A stretch of DNA of 64,000 nt from Harriotta raleighana (Eukaryota), in assembly GCA_050575255.1 (NCBI GenBank), contig JBNZDD010013687.1, forward strand, positions 2,323,312 through 2,387,311, given 5' to 3'. Positions 63,421-64,000 of the stretch are shown here, piece after piece. A model generated the notes under the pieces. It was not told where the DNA came from. It did not search any database and saw nothing but the letters and a program-made list of their open reading frames with translations. Every line of letters begins with the position of its first letter. Within the stretch, counting starts at the first letter, position 1. The translations under genes were made by a program, and so were the position numbers.

Positions 63421-63888
63421 ATTCTTGGAGAACAAGACTTTAAAATATATATATATAATAAATCCCCTACTGTTACATTAACCCTCATTTCCAAATATAA
63501 AACTATTACAATTTGTAGAAAAATGCATTTATTTTAAAATGCCAAACCATTTCTTCCTCACGGTGTGTGGATGTGTGTGTGTGTGATATTGCAAATTATT
63601 TGAAGTGAATTTCCAGAATCTATTTTAAAATATTCAATAGATTTTTAATCCTTTGTTTAGCTGTTTAACCTGAGATGAGGCGACATTTAATAATAATAAT
63701 CTTTGCATTTGTTATTTAGAAAGAATGCAAGATGATTTGTCCATTTCCAACATAATCTAAGTACTCTACTGTAGTTTTCCTTTTCAGTATTTTAAACAGG
63801 TTACTTGTCAGCTTCTAGACATGATACTCAAAGAACCTTAGTTTGTTTCATGCCCTCATCATCTCTTCTCTGCCATGAATAATCTCTA

Positions 63889-63990
63889 TAATAATAATAA
63901 TAATCCTTGCATTTGATATCCAGACGTCTCAAAGCGCTTCATAAAATATATTGTAAAGTGAATTGACTGTATATGTTGTGTGCAAAACAA
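63889..63990 (-). mobile_element. SINE 3' tail
   Basis: (taa)n tccttgcatttgatat ... aaagcgcttca ... taaagtgaattgactgtata. Confidence 0.85.
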
Positions 63991-64000
63991 TAGGTGCTAC

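Larger units (their letters stand above)
1..64000 (-). other. NOVA1: Internal portion of NOVA1 transcription unit (part of intron 2, exon 3, intron 3, exon 4, part of intron 4; mammalian numbering)
   Basis: Two NOVA1 exons in correct order and phase on the minus strand. No ORF for the long KH2/KH3 terminal exon or the upstream KH1 exon is seen, so both ends of the gene are inferred to lie outside the window. Confidence 0.85.

Noticed and set aside
1-64000. Prokaryote-type systems (CRISPR arrays, operons, defence islands)
   Set aside because: The sequence is vertebrate intronic DNA, with no regularly spaced repeat-spacer arrays or gene-dense ORFs.

Overview
Vertebrate, AT-rich, CpG-depleted intronic DNA. 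The whole window lies inside a NOVA1 gene (neuronal KH-domain splicing factor) on the minus strand. Two coding exons are visible: a 167-nt exon at 18853-19019 (end of KH1, [11 protein letters not shown]...NPDRIKQ) and the 72-nt alternative exon at 14949-15020 (TLPSSPTTTKSSPSDPMTTTRANQ). The flanking exons (start of KH1; KH2/KH3) lie outside the window. The rest is intron filled with tRNA-headed SINEs, DeuSINE-like fossils, L2 and CR1 LINE fragments, Tigger-like MITEs, a foldback palindrome next to an assembly gap, and several non-repetitive blocks that may be conserved regulatory elements. The repeat content suggests a cartilaginous fish such as elephant shark (inference). None of the listed ORFs is an intact gene. 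The most interesting signals concern NOVA1 splicing: a YCAY-dense cassette exon with a twin 5' splice site, and an AG|GTAAGT recursive-splice or poison-exon cluster at about 11.3-11.7 kb. I found no clearly novel multi-gene system. All family assignments come from motif recognition, not database searches.
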